Made by a program: the position numbers and the translations under genes. Positions 12,955 to 25,288 of a stretch of 64,000 nucleotides of DNA are shown one piece after another. Each line of letters opens with the position of its first letter. The first letter of the stretch is position 1. The DNA is taken from assembly GCF_006345805.1 (NCBI RefSeq), contig NC_042999.1:86738001-86802000 (forward strand). The letters are read 5' to 3'. This stretch comes from Octopus sinensis (taxonomy: Eukaryota). The notes beneath the pieces are model-generated. The model did not search any database. It was not told the DNA's origin and saw only the letters and a program-made list of their open reading frames with translations.

Positions 12955-14288
12955 CACTGCATTTCAACTTATCAACGACGTAACATTTATTTTATTTAAA
13001 AACCACCCATTGAAATTCAACGAAATTTCCACAGAATGATAGCAATTGTTATATGTGCGCGGTGTGTAAAAACGTGATTTTGCGCAAGTGTAAACAAACT
13101 GCGCCCATTTGCATGATTTCCACGAACTATTACTGTTTCAAATTATTAACGAGTGGTCTGGTAATCGTGTAATTATAGGTCGTAAATGTGAGTTAATTGT
13201 TTCAGAGAAATCTGTTATTACTGTTGAACTCACAAAAGGTAAATCAACATTAGAAATATCTAAAATAATTGGAAGATATCACTAAACTGTGAAAACATTT
13301 TGTTACAGCTTCTACGAGGATACGTAAGAGAGCCGACAAGGGTTGGTTGAGGGCTGTTTCACAACGTTTTCTGTTACGAATTAGACGGGAAGCCGTAAAG
13401 AAGGCAGATCTTATAAGTGGAGAATTTTTTCGAACACATAGGTGATGTTGTCTTCAAGGCCTCCTTTAAACAAAATATACAAAATCGTCTGAAATGTGCA
13501 GAAGATCGTCTTTGTAAAAGTTTTGTTTACGGACGAAACTCGTGCCACCCTTGATGGACCTAAAGGTGTAGCAGGGGATGGGTTGTAAGTGGACGAGATC
13601 GTCATCAAAGCTTGAGACGCCAATAAGAGGGAGGAGACATCATGATTTGAGCGGATATTATTGGAGGCATTATAGTTGGCCCTTGGAAAGTGTTAAAATG
13701 CCTGAAGATACTTACATAGCCTTTCTGAAGGAGCACCTCAAACCTTGGTTAAAAAAGGTAAAAATCACCTTCAAGACAACCATAATATTCGAGAATAGAT
13801 GCTAATCTAGGAGCAAGGGTGAATTGTAGCAGACAACAGTGGATGTATCCTGTGGTATAACATCAGAGAAGATTCAGAAATTAGCACGTTCCATGGACCA
13901 GCGCCTTTTCCAACTTATTTCAAATAAACGCTCGTACATCTTTTACTAACCAGCTCACCTATCATTTTTGAACGCCGTTTATTTGTTTATTTCTAGTTTT
14001 TCCATGTATATGTTCATGTCAGTATGTACATCAAACAATTAAATTGGTATTTTCTTATTTACGTGAGTTTTAATTACACCTCGCTAATAATTTGAAACAA
14101 TGAAAGTTTACGTAAATTTGGTAAATGGCTATAGTTTCTGTGTTGTTTTATAGAACCTCGCGTTTTTTTTATTCACCACGTGCATATAACTTTTGCTATC
14201 ATTCTGTGAAAACTTCGTTGAATTCCAATGAGAAGTTTTGAAATAAAATTTAAAAAAATTTATGTCGTTTATAATTTGAAACGCAGTG
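12955..14288 (+). mobile_element. Tc1-like DNA transposon, internally deleted
   Basis: TIRs CACTGCATTTCAACTTATCAACGAC / GTCGTTTATAATTTGAAACGCAGTG|TA. Decayed GRKCEL...GKSTLEISKIIGR and VLFTDETRATLDGP. Confidence 0.88.
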
Positions 14289-14542
14289 TATATACAGCTA
14301 CACTCCATTTCTCCAATAGTTTCATTTTATTTGCAATTTGATATATATATATAGTTTACAGTAGCATTTATAAAAACAAAGCAACAAGTAGAGGAATAAA
14401 AAATCAGGTTGAGTAAAAAGTATACAACGTTTTGAACCGTGAAGAATTTGTACGGAATTTTAGCAGTTTTTAATTTTTTTAAACATTTTTTTTACAATTG
14501 TCTGATTATACAAACATAGACTTGCTCAAATGCATCAATAAA

Positions 14543-16190
14543 TTAACACTGATATTTTTTCACCGTTTTGTCAATCATCTCTCCTCGCGACGGCTGGACT
14601 GGGGCTGACCTTTCGTGACTGGATCAGCGCTATGTATAGCAACATCGAGTCTGCGGTCCAGATGAAAGGTCTCTTCTCGAAGCCGTTTGTGATCGAGCGT
14701 TCGGTTCGACAGGGTTGTCCTCTGTCTCCACTCTGTACGTACTGGCTCTTAAGCCATTGCTGCGGAGGTAGGAGGCGGCTGGGGGCGATCCTCGTGATCT
14801 GTGTTGCGGAAGAGGCGCGACAGCGTACGCGGACGATGTCACTATCATCGTGTCGGACGAAGGGTAGCTACCTTTGGTAGAAAATGCCATCAAAAGATAC
14901 AAGACGGTGGCAGATGCAAAAATTAACCAGGAAAAATCAGTTTGTTTGCAGCTCGGCACCTGGAGAGGCAAGACAACTCCTCCCAACAGCATCAATGGTC
15001 GCTGGACGGAGGGGCCTGTTAAATTGCTCGGGGTCTGGTTCGGAGTGAGATCACAGGCAAGGTGGCTGCCCTAACCCAGACCTGGTCCATTATGCTTGCT
15101 AGGGAGGGCGGAGGTTGCACAGGTGTTTATAGCATCTGTGATAACCAACCGCCTGACTGTCGTGCCTTGCTCCAATTTATGGCTGAACAAGTTGGAACGG
15201 CTTCTATTCCGCTTTTTGTGTAGCGGGAGACCACCACTTGTGAGGCGCTCTATTTGCTGCCAAAAGTCGTTAAAGGGTGGGTTAGGGATGCTTTGGCTGA
15301 TGACGCGCAAATTTGCGTTGAGGCTGAGACATCACTGGCTTTACCTGGATGATGAACGGGTGTGGTCTCCGCACGTCAAGTTCTTCTTTCCTTAATTGGA
15401 GTCCCTGCAGGACTTGGGTCCATGGATCACACGTTGACCTAGAATGGATGATTGGCACAAGGAGTGCAGACAGGCACTTACGCTGTTCTCTCGGGCGGGC
15501 AATACCGGCAACGAGTCTACCACTGCGGACTTCTATAACGGGTTAGTAGTGGCTAAGTCTGATGACGTTCTAGGAGAACCTCTAGGCTACGATGAAGACC
15601 AATTAACCAGTCTCTTCGGTAGGACATTCGGGCCGGGGTACCTGGATAATTTCCAGAAATTCCTGGCTTGGTTGATCTATCGAGAGGCTTTACCAGTTCG
15701 AGAGAGACAGTAACGGCATGGTTTTGGCATCCCTCCTACATGCCCGAGGTGCATGCGGGACAGTGAAACCGTTCCGCATGCCTTCGTGCATTGTGAGGAA
15801 TTAAATGGGCTGATTGCCTATGTCGAACGGCTGCTGTCGGAAACGGAGAGAGTACAGCTGTCGGATGAGTCTGTTATAAAGATTATACCACCTTCCTCCT
15901 TTAACAAGGAACGTAAGGTAAGTTTCTTCTGCGTAGTGGCCATACTGAAAGACACAGTATGGACGACGCGTGGAAGAGGAATTGAGACAGGTAAATTCAT
16001 CTCAGAACGCAGGTTGATTAATCATTTTAACTATCACCTGCGAAGTAAGATCCGTCTGGAGAGAAAGTTCCTGTCTCAAGGTGTGTTTCGAAAAAGATGG
16101 ACGTCTGTAGTAAGAATGATGCGAGCGGAAGTTGTCGAGCTGGTATAGACGGTTCTGGAGGAAAAAAAGGAAAAAAAAAAAAGATAAAGC
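14543..16190 (+). mobile_element. Tx1/L1-clade LINE, 5'-truncated and frameshifted
   Basis: SVRQGCPLSPL, AYADD-like site, KINQEKS..LQLGTW, zf-RVT-like CPRC..DSETVPHAFVHC, stop at 16148, A-rich tail. Confidence 0.88.
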
Positions 16191-16499
16191 AAGATACAGG
16201 TAAAGCCAGTGATGTCTCAGCCTTAACACTGATATTTTTTCACCGTTTTGTCAATCATCTCTCCTCGCGACGGCTGGACTGGGGCTGACCTTTCGTGACT
16301 GGATCAGCGCTATGTATAGCAACATCGAGTCTGCGGTCCAGATGAAAGGTTTCTTCTCGAAGCCGTTTGTGATCGAGCGTTGATTAGAACCTCACATATA
16401 TTTTTATATTCGATTTCGTCATATTTCTATATCCATCCCGACTTTTCATTTTTTTTTTTTTGAATTTTTAATTACGATTTCATTGTAACAAACGTTATG

Positions 16500-17165
16500 T
16501 GTTGTGGTGTCCATGTTCGTCTTTTATGGACAAATAAAGAAATTGTTACAATCATCTGTGACCGATTTGGACCAAAATGAAGTACCGAAAACCTTCCCTA
16601 AACCCCAGCTCTTAAAAAAAAAGGTTATAGTGACTGTTTGGGGATGTACTGCTGGACTCATCCACAATAACTTCTTAAAACCCTGAAAAACCATTACTGC
16701 AGAAATATAATGCCATGAAATTGCCAAAATGAACGAAAAACTGCTAGTTCTGTCCCAGACGGGTCAACAGAAGCGGGCCAATCATTCTTCAAGACAATGC
16801 TCGACTACAGGTTTCACTAATGATGCCCCAGAAGTTGAGAGAACTTGGCTACGAAGTTCTTTCCCACCCAGTTTTTTTCCCCCAGACCTTTCTCCTACCG
16901 GCTACCACTTCTTCAGGCACCTTGATGGTTTCCTGCGAGAGAAGGAATTTTAAAAATCAAACCGATCTGAAAGTGCGTTCAAAGAGTTCATCACCTCCAG
17001 AACTCCAGATTTTTATGTTACCGGAATAAACAAACTTGTAAGTCGTTGGCAAAAATGTGTCCAGTATAATGGTACTTACTTTGAGGAATAAAATTTCCGC
17101 ATTGTTGAAATATTTTGTGATGAATTTCATGTTTCAAAACGTTGCTTACTTTTCACTCAGCCTAA
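16500..17165 (+). mobile_element. Mariner remnant (C-terminal half + 3' TIR)
   Basis: KKVIVTVWG, LRELGYEVLSHP..PDLSPTGYHFFRHLDGFL, GINKLVSRWQKCV. TIR ...cactcagcctaa|TA differs from the element at 1-655. Confidence 0.9.
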
Positions 17166-18449
17166 TACAAAGAGAGGAAATGGATTTACTAAAAATGGGC
17201 TGATTCAATCAGATAACATAAAACTGTGGAATTTCTCATGCCATAGGCTATTAAGAGATGGAATTATTCTCAAAAACTATACGCAAAATTACTCTCAAGA
17301 TACTCGGAAAATTGTAAATTACCTTTCTTTAAATACCAAACATTTTCTTAATCAGTGAAAAGGATTGAGATAGTTCAGAAGACCCGAATATATAATAATG
17401 AGCAGTGATATTGCTTTTCAATTCCATCAGCGTAATTTTATAATTAAGAACGAAAGAGAGGTTTAGAGACTAAGAATGAAGAGTTTGTTTAAATCATCTG
17501 CAGCCAATAGTGAATCACAACGATTGTAATTGTTGTTAAGCCCAGGTCAATCTCAGTTTAAGAGAGCACTGATCAAAGACGCCATATCGGCCAAATTTCT
17601 ACCAACAGACTAATGTATCCGTTGGTAGAAATTTGGCCGTTATTTCAAACTCGCTGAACAGTTACATATAGGTTCCCTCCTTGGCTTAAAACATAATGTT
17701 CACCAATACTGGGAAAATTAATTTGAGATCCTAGTTGTTCAGAATTTGTGGCATTATTACATTTCAAAATTGTTAGCATGTCGGACAAAAAGCTTAGCGG
17801 CATTTCGTCCGGCTTTTCCTTCTGAGCTCAAATTCCATAGAAGTCGACTTTGATTTTCCTCATTTCGGAGTCGATAAAATAAGTACCAGGTGGACGCTGG
17901 GGTCGACGAATTCGACTAGACGTCTCCCCCAAAATTTCTGTCCTTATGCCAATAGCAGAAAGAATTACTACATTTTAAAATATACTTTCACTCTTCAGAA
18001 ATAAATTCTAATTCCTCCACAAATCAGATTACAGGAGCAATTCTTTGTTCTTGGCAAACCTCTCTCTGTTAAAAAAAAAAAACCCCAAAGAACTGCAGGA
18101 CACAAATTGGTATCATGAGATTATTTTCTTCAAGTCAGTCTCATGATATGAATTATATTTGCGTTTCGCGAACCAAATCCAGAAAAACAATATCAAAGGC
18201 AGAATTGTTTAACTTGTTGTGTGTGCATCCGGTGCAACAATTTCAGAAGAGACTGTTTCAAAAGTTGGTCATTTTAGGCCTCAAACGGGGAAGACATTAA
18301 TATCTATGATAAAAAAAAAGTCAATTAAGTACATGTTTATAAATAAATACATAAAACTTTATTAATTGCTTCTCCAAATAAAACACTGAAATGGTGTACA
18401 GTAATGTTTTACATTTGTGAGTTCGCGTATATACATGTGGGGATAGATA

Positions 18450-18469
18450 GACAAACAGACAGACAGAAA

Positions 18470-18541
<72 letters not shown>
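18450..18541. repeat. (GATA)n microsatellite
   Basis: Seen directly. Confidence 0.95.
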
Positions 18542-18979
18542 GTGTGCGTAAATGAATGCGACTGTGAATAGAATGGTACCAGCATTGCTGTGTAGTTAAG
18601 AAGCTCGCTTCCTAACTACTTGATCCAGAGTTCAGCACTACTGCATGGCAGCTTGATCACGTGTCGATACCATAACCGCAGATCTGCTAAAGCATTATGA
18701 ATGAAGTTTAATACACAAAATCTCTACGGGATCCAGGCGTATGTATAAATATGCGTGTGTCTATGTGTGAAAATAAAAAAATAAAGAAATAGTGTGTCTA
18801 TGTGTGAAAACACACACACACGCGCGCGAGAACAAATTCAATGCACCGGGGAAAAAAATGTTTTCCCCCAATTAAGTGGGGAAAGAATTCGGTGCTCGAA
18901 TGGAAATATCTTGTGGTACTAACCGACTTAAATCTGTTGAGTACGGTGTCCCATCATCTTTCATGATAGAAAGCACTTA

Positions 18980-19039
<60 letters not shown>

Positions 19040-19153
19040 AACTAAGGTTAAAGAACAAACCTTAGTTTGATATATTTGTCTCTTTCAATAGAGCACTTCT
19101 ATAGCAGTCCTATTAATCTTTTTGTTCCTAACAAGAAACAATCACTGTATTAT

Positions 19154-19234
<81 letters not shown>

Positions 19235-19251
19235 TATATACATATATATAT

Positions 19252-19316
<65 letters not shown>

Positions 19317-20314
19317 ACATGTATGTAGATGCATAGATATCGTACACATGTGTATATACATATTGACGCACGAACTCATACATGAACTAAAAAATAAATA
19401 TCCCGCAAATACAACGTAAATATTTATTCGTGTAAATCGTTTTAGCAAAGACCTCGATGAAAAATGAATAATTTCAGAGTTCATATCATAATATGTTAAG
19501 GTAGTTGTGTAGGATACATACTCGTAAACAATGACGTTACTCATATTGGTTTCAAATCGGTTTCAAATCTTGGCTCAAGGTAGAAAGGCCGCTAAGCATT
19601 TGCCCGGCGTGCAAACGATTCTGCCAGCTCGCCTCCTACTTGACGTTACATATACTGGCTCTTTACGTTCAAATTCCGCCGCGGTCGACTTTGCCTTTCA
19701 ACCTTTCGGGATCGATAAGTAAGTTCCACTTGAGATGAAGTTGATGCAATCGACTTAACCTCTACCCGAAATTGCTGCCCTCGTGCCAAAATTTGAAATC
19801 AATATTTCAGCTTAGATAAAAAGACAAAAACACACACACACATTTGCTAAGGATTTCTATTTTCTCCTTTGAAAATACTGTCATTTAATGACTTTTCTGT
19901 ACTTCGAGACATGCTAAAATAAGATAGTGCTGTTATTGTCCATATATATATATCCACACACACACGTGTGTGTCTCATTCTTTCGATATGAGAGTAGAGT
20001 CAACACATCGATAGCACAACTAATGAAACAAAGGATTTTTCATTTGACACTTAAGAGACTTATCAAGAAAAGAATATCTATAATTCATTAATGCGCAATA
20101 GCTAAATATTTTTGTACAGTTTATTACAGGTATTACATATTATTCAGTATAGGTTTTACATAATTCTATTTCTTTGTACATCGAGTTCTGTTGATATATA
20201 GTACTGGCAGTAATACTCGTAGTTGATGTGGTAATTACTTTTACTGTTTCTCGGGATCCACACTCAAAGTATTATTTTATGCATATAATTTACTCCTCCC
20301 GTATTTGTGTTTTT

Positions 20315-20625
20315 ATAAAAGAAAAATATGTAATAATTGAAGTTGAAAAAAGATTAATTTCATACATGAACTTCTGTTTGTTTATTATACGACAATAATA
20401 AGTAAGTTGTATGTGTTATCTTATTTATTAATACAATAATGGCAATTATATAATATTGTTATAAGAGAAAAAAAACATGTAATAATTAAAGAAGAAAAAA
20501 GATCAATTTTATACCTGAACTTCTGTTTGTTTATTATATGACAATAATAAATTAATTGTATGCATTACTTTATTTATTAATACAGTAATGACAATTGTAT
20601 AACGCATACATACAACTGCTTACAA
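20315..20625. repeat. Two-unit ~149-bp tandem duplication next to the Helitron fragment
   Basis: ATAC(A/C)TGAACTTCTGTTTGTTTATTATA at 20362 and 20511. Confidence 0.85.
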
Positions 20626-20639
20626 TAATTGAGATTACT

Positions 20640-20905
20640 ATGTTCCTAATTTTTGGTTTACAACACTGAAAAAATATGCCACCAAAGAAAAGATGTAATC
20701 TCTCTAAAAACTGGAATAACTGGTATGCGAGGAACGAAGACGGTGTTATCTCTACCACAACCAGTGAGAATAGTTGCCTCAATGCAGTTCTTCATAGGTT
20801 CATTCACAATTAATGTTGTACCATTGCATAATTTTTGTTGAGACAAATTAGGCAATAGCATAATAAGGGATATAGAAAGAGCAAATAGCTTCTCTTGAAC
20901 CATTT
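20640..20905 (-). mobile_element. Helitron PIF1-helicase fragment
   Basis: IMLLPNLSQQKLCNGTTLIV....NCIEATILTGCG....FVPRIPVIP matches Helitron helicase motifs. Confidence 0.85.
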
Positions 20906-22268
20906 ACTTTCACTTTGGAGGACAAACAAACGAACACACAAACAGACAGAATATCTCTTATATATATATAGATTTGTCAGAGTCGGCTTTATTCAGACAA
21001 CCCTTGGGTACGTGCCTAATAGTTTTGAGGTAAGCGGACATCGTACCAGTTCCGTCACGGTTTGAATTTCGATCGTCCACTGCTTGAATAAAATCCCTTT
21101 CATGACGACCAGTCACCAATTCTTCCTTTCTCGATATTGCCATCGAAAAGTAAATTTGAAAATTAGAAAATAAAGAGGTACATAATACAAAAGTAAAGTT
21201 GTAAGTAATAAAAATTTTTTTTCTTTTATTTGTTACACTCGGAACCTACAAACATCAAAATTGTCTAACATTTCTTTCAAGTAACTGGGTTTTTTTTTTT
21301 TGTTGCGTTATTTTAAACCCCGTTCCCACCCTTTAAAAAAATTTTTTTTTTCTCAAATGAGGTTGTTTTCTTTCAGTAATAGTTTCTAAATAAATGAGAC
21401 AATAAATTTTCAGAAATAGATCCGCATCAAAAGTTACTTAATAGCTGCTCACAAATATTAATCAGGAGGAATGCTCCTCATTAATATTTGTGAGCAGCTA
21501 TTAATATCTATTAACATCTTCCAGTTTATCACTGGAAGATATTGTATATTGCATAAAAGTAACCAATGTTATCTTTAAGCAATCCTTTAGATGGTTCTAT
21601 TTCATGATCAATAATAGGTATAAATTTCCTACATCAAAACGCTTCTCTCCTCGCTTGTTGAGTCAGACGTTAAGTGCTACAAAATAATTCTTTTTTATTT
21701 CTGCAAGAGGGATAACTTTCTAGAATATATTTATCTATTCTGTTTATGCATTAACATCCCACACGTTATTTGGTTTGTTGTTGTTGTTGTTGTTTTTTTT
21801 TATCCGGATCAAATGAAAACTTGCTCTCTTTAGGAATTCCCAAGAAGTATGAAGGTTTGACAATGAGAACAAGATGCAAGGATATTTTAACAAGAGCCGG
21901 AAGAAAGTATAGCATTTTGGCATTACTGCAAACCAGCCATGCATTTCGACTAATATGTCTGGAAAGGAATTGTAATCTACACAATGGAAAAGTATTCAGG
22001 ATTCAGACTACCGAAACGTTATTACTTCTCTTCTAAACAATGCTCTGTATGTAGTATGTTGGTTCGGTTTCGGTTAACTGATCTTAGCCACGTGATTAAT
22101 AGCACTCGTTCAACTTTTGTAAAATCTAATCAAAAGCTAACTTCTCTTTCACATGATTCAAATACATGTTTATACAATTTTGAAAGAATCTTGGTATATT
22201 TTGAATTTGGCTGCCAATTTTCGAAAATTCGAAGTGTGTTAAAAATTGTAAAATTTGGTACATTAATA

Positions 22269-22680
22269 GGCGCAGGAGTGGCTGTGTAGTAAGTCGCTTG
22301 CTTACCAACCACATGGTTCCGGGTTCATTTCCACTGCGTGGCACTTTGGGTAAGTGTCTACTAGTATAGCCTCGAGCTAACCAAAGGCCTTGTGAGTGGA
22401 TTTGGTAGACGGAAACTGACAGACGCCTGTCGTATATGTGTGTATATGTGTATGTGTGTGCATATGTTTGTGTGTCTATGTTTGTCCCCCCCACCACCAC
22501 CCAACATCGCTTGACAACCGATGTTGGTGTGTTTACGTCCCCGTAACTTAGCGGTTCAGCAAAAGAGACCGATAGAATAAGTACTAGGCTTACAAAGAAT
22601 AAGTCCTAGGTCGATTTGCTCGACTAAGTGCTGTGCTCCAGCATGGCCACAGTCAAATGACTGAAACAAGTAAAAGAGTA
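22269..22680 (+). mobile_element. tRNA-headed SINE family A, full length
   Basis: A-box TGGCTGTGTAG, B-box GGTTCATTTCC, tail CAGTCAAATGACTGAAACAAGTAAAAGAG. About 20 copies in the window (e.g. 25731, 37836, 46720, 48571, 49461, 53542, 63130). Confidence 0.9.
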
Positions 22681-22996
22681 ATGTAGTTTTCAAGCTGAAT
22701 CTCAGGAGATATTTCACTTTTTGCAGAAATCTTTTTTTTTAAATTATAGTGCTTTATGCATGCCATATAACCCTTCATAATTTATTTCTTTTAATTTTCA
22801 GAAAATGTTAGCGAATTTGTATTCTATACACGGGAATTCATGCGATTAGGCAAATACTAAAGCAAAAAAATCGGGGTGCGTGATTTAAGGCCTATTTAGC
22901 TGTTACTTTTAGAACATCTCACCACCACCTCAATGAATAGAATATATTTGTCAACATGTGCTTTCTTGCAGACAAAAGAATTCTCATGCTTGGCTT

Positions 22997-23010
22997 GTTG
23001 CTATGGAAAC
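22997..23010. promoter_or_regulatory. Second X-box-like motif
   Basis: GTTGCTATGGAAAC fits RYYNYY-AT-RRNRAC and is followed immediately by AG|GTATGA. Confidence 0.4.
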
Positions 23011-24156
23011 AGGTATGAATGTGTCTGTAGCTTACGATTAACTAAAATTACCCAAAATTTGCGAACTTTAAAAGCTATTAACTCTTTATTTGATTTATGG
23101 CGAAAATGAATTTCAAACCATTGATTAGCATATAAAATTATATCATTACACCAAATATGAAATCAATTCGAATAGAAATTGAAGAGATTGAAACTGGCAG
23201 ACAAACAGAAAAGAACTGAAACTTGTTCTGTTATGAAATAATATTAACTGTTGACTATATATCAGTGAAATCTCTTATAGTTCAAGGAAAGATAAAAATA
23301 TTTCGCTAATATCTTCAGAATCCTACAATGATAATTAAACTCGGACAATAACAACTGTAAAAAGTTTAATCCACTGGATTATTAGATCTATGCTGAAGAT
23401 TTCTTTTAAAGAATTACTTTTTATCCCTAGAGCAAATCAATCTAATTGACATCATTCTTCACTAAATATTTATTTGTACATAGTTTTTAAGTTCACAAAA
23501 CAATCACTTTTTATTCAGTACATAAGGCAGCCAACTGACGGAATCGTTAGCACATCGAGCCAAATGTTTAGCTGCATTTCGTCCATCTCTCTACATTCTA
23601 AGTTCAAATCTCCCCAAAGTTGACTTTGCCCTTCACCCTTCAGAATCGACAAAATAAAATACTAGTCAAGAACTATGGTCAATATATTCGACTTATTCCC
23701 TCCCCCCATAATTACTGGTTGTGAACCTTGCAACGGACCAGCGTCCCTTTCAGGGGCAATGCTGTAATTTCGGTCAATTTATGTCTTGGACACATGATAA
23801 CCAGCCTTATGAATCCAAGTGCTCAATAAAAGTTTTAGAAGATAATTGTATTTTACCACTGTTTTCAATCATGGACTGCGGCTATATGATAAAGGATAAT
23901 GGGTAGAGAGACCCCTCCACCTTTGGTCATGAATGACCATGGGATTGCACCTAGAAAATTCCCCTCCGAGGCAAGGTTATTTATGGAAGACCAGCAGTCG
24001 CTCATACATACCAACTTCCACTCTCCACGCTACTGATGTTATCCAAAGGAAAGGCAAAGGCCGATACAGCTTGGCACCAATGACGTCGCAACTATTTCTA
24101 CAACTGAGTGAACAGAATGGAGTAAGTGAAGTAAGAACACACACGAAAACGAAAAG

Positions 24157-24200
24157 TATCGCTGAAGAGGTCACAAATGTGTGACGAAAGATTTCCGAAA
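24157..24200 (+). ncRNA. Candidate minimal type I hammerhead ribozyme
   Basis: tcg-CTGAAGA-g-GTCACA aatg TGTGAC-GAA-AGATTT-C-cga. Perfect 6-bp stem II, self-complementary stem III, UUC cleavage triplet, 3-bp stem I. Confidence 0.55.
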
Positions 24201-24897
24201 AATGGACATGAGTTAGAATAATAAGATAAGAACAGTAATAAACGAGTGAATAAAAAATATATATACTGAGGTTGTTTATTTACGCATATGATATTCGTAC
24301 ATCATAGACGTGTGTGTATGGATGGATAGATTTCGATCGCGTAATCGCGACAAAAATGAACTTAGCGTTATAGAGCAAGGATGTACGGTAAATTTTAGGT
24401 TAATGTTTATATCTTGACCTGGAAATGAAAATTCAAAAGAAGAAAAAAAATTTGGAATGAGTGTAGGAAACGACTATGAAAAAAAATGCGCGCAAAGCAA
24501 CGGGAGGGTGGGAGAGAGGACTTCGGAAAATTCACAAGATCCGAGCTTTTCCCTCATAACTTTTAGGAAAATGGGTTTTTTCAATGAAATTTTATAGAAA
24601 TACCTTTCAAACGGCATACATTATGACTATAAAGTAATTTGTGGGGAAAATCTTGAGGTGGGGAGAGGACTTTCGGAAAATTCCCAAGATCCGAATTTTT
24701 CCTCGTTATATTCCGAAATCACATTCAACTTTCTATAGATACCCTAGCGTAGTACTGCTACACTACGTAGTGTTTATTTCTGCCCACTTTCAATAATTTT
24801 TAATGTTTTTGCTTCAGTTTTGTTTCATTTTATCTTCAATTATTTTTACGCTTTTTAAACCCCTCCGTCGTTATTCTCATTCACTCGTTATTACTTT

Positions 24898-24939
<42 letters not shown>

Positions 24940-25288
24940 TATATATATTTTATATTTTATCTAGTTTCAGCTCACGAGCTGTGGCCATGCTGGGGCACCG
25001 CCAATATACATATATTATATACATATATATACATATATATACACACATATAGACATATATATATACACACACACATATATACACATATATGTACACACAC
25101 ACGTATATACACATATATACACACACAAATACATACATATATATACACACATACATACACACACACATATACAGTTATGAGGGAAAAACTTGGATCTTGT
25201 GAATTTTCCGAAGTCCTCTCCCCACCCTTTGGAAAAGATCTTCCCCACAAATTTCTTTATAATCGTAATTGACCAATTTTTATATTAA

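Noticed and set aside
17161-17360. ATG-less open frame containing IKLWNF (WD-like)
   Set aside because: No polypyrimidine tract and no other WD features.
20958-21143. ORF with an EF-hand-like DGTGTMS motif
   Set aside because: The loop lacks the conserved acidic residues and there is no convincing acceptor. A competing plus-strand mini-exon reading is equally unsupported.
21744-22050. Overlapping ORFs on both strands as exons of an upstream gene
   Set aside because: No frame joins a good acceptor to a good donor without a stop.
22269-22345. tRNA genes
   Set aside because: The A/B boxes run into SINE bodies and there is no intact cloverleaf.
23295-23320. Minus-strand CTGAAGA...GAAATATT hammerhead-like core
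   Set aside because: Stem II is too short and there is no stem I.
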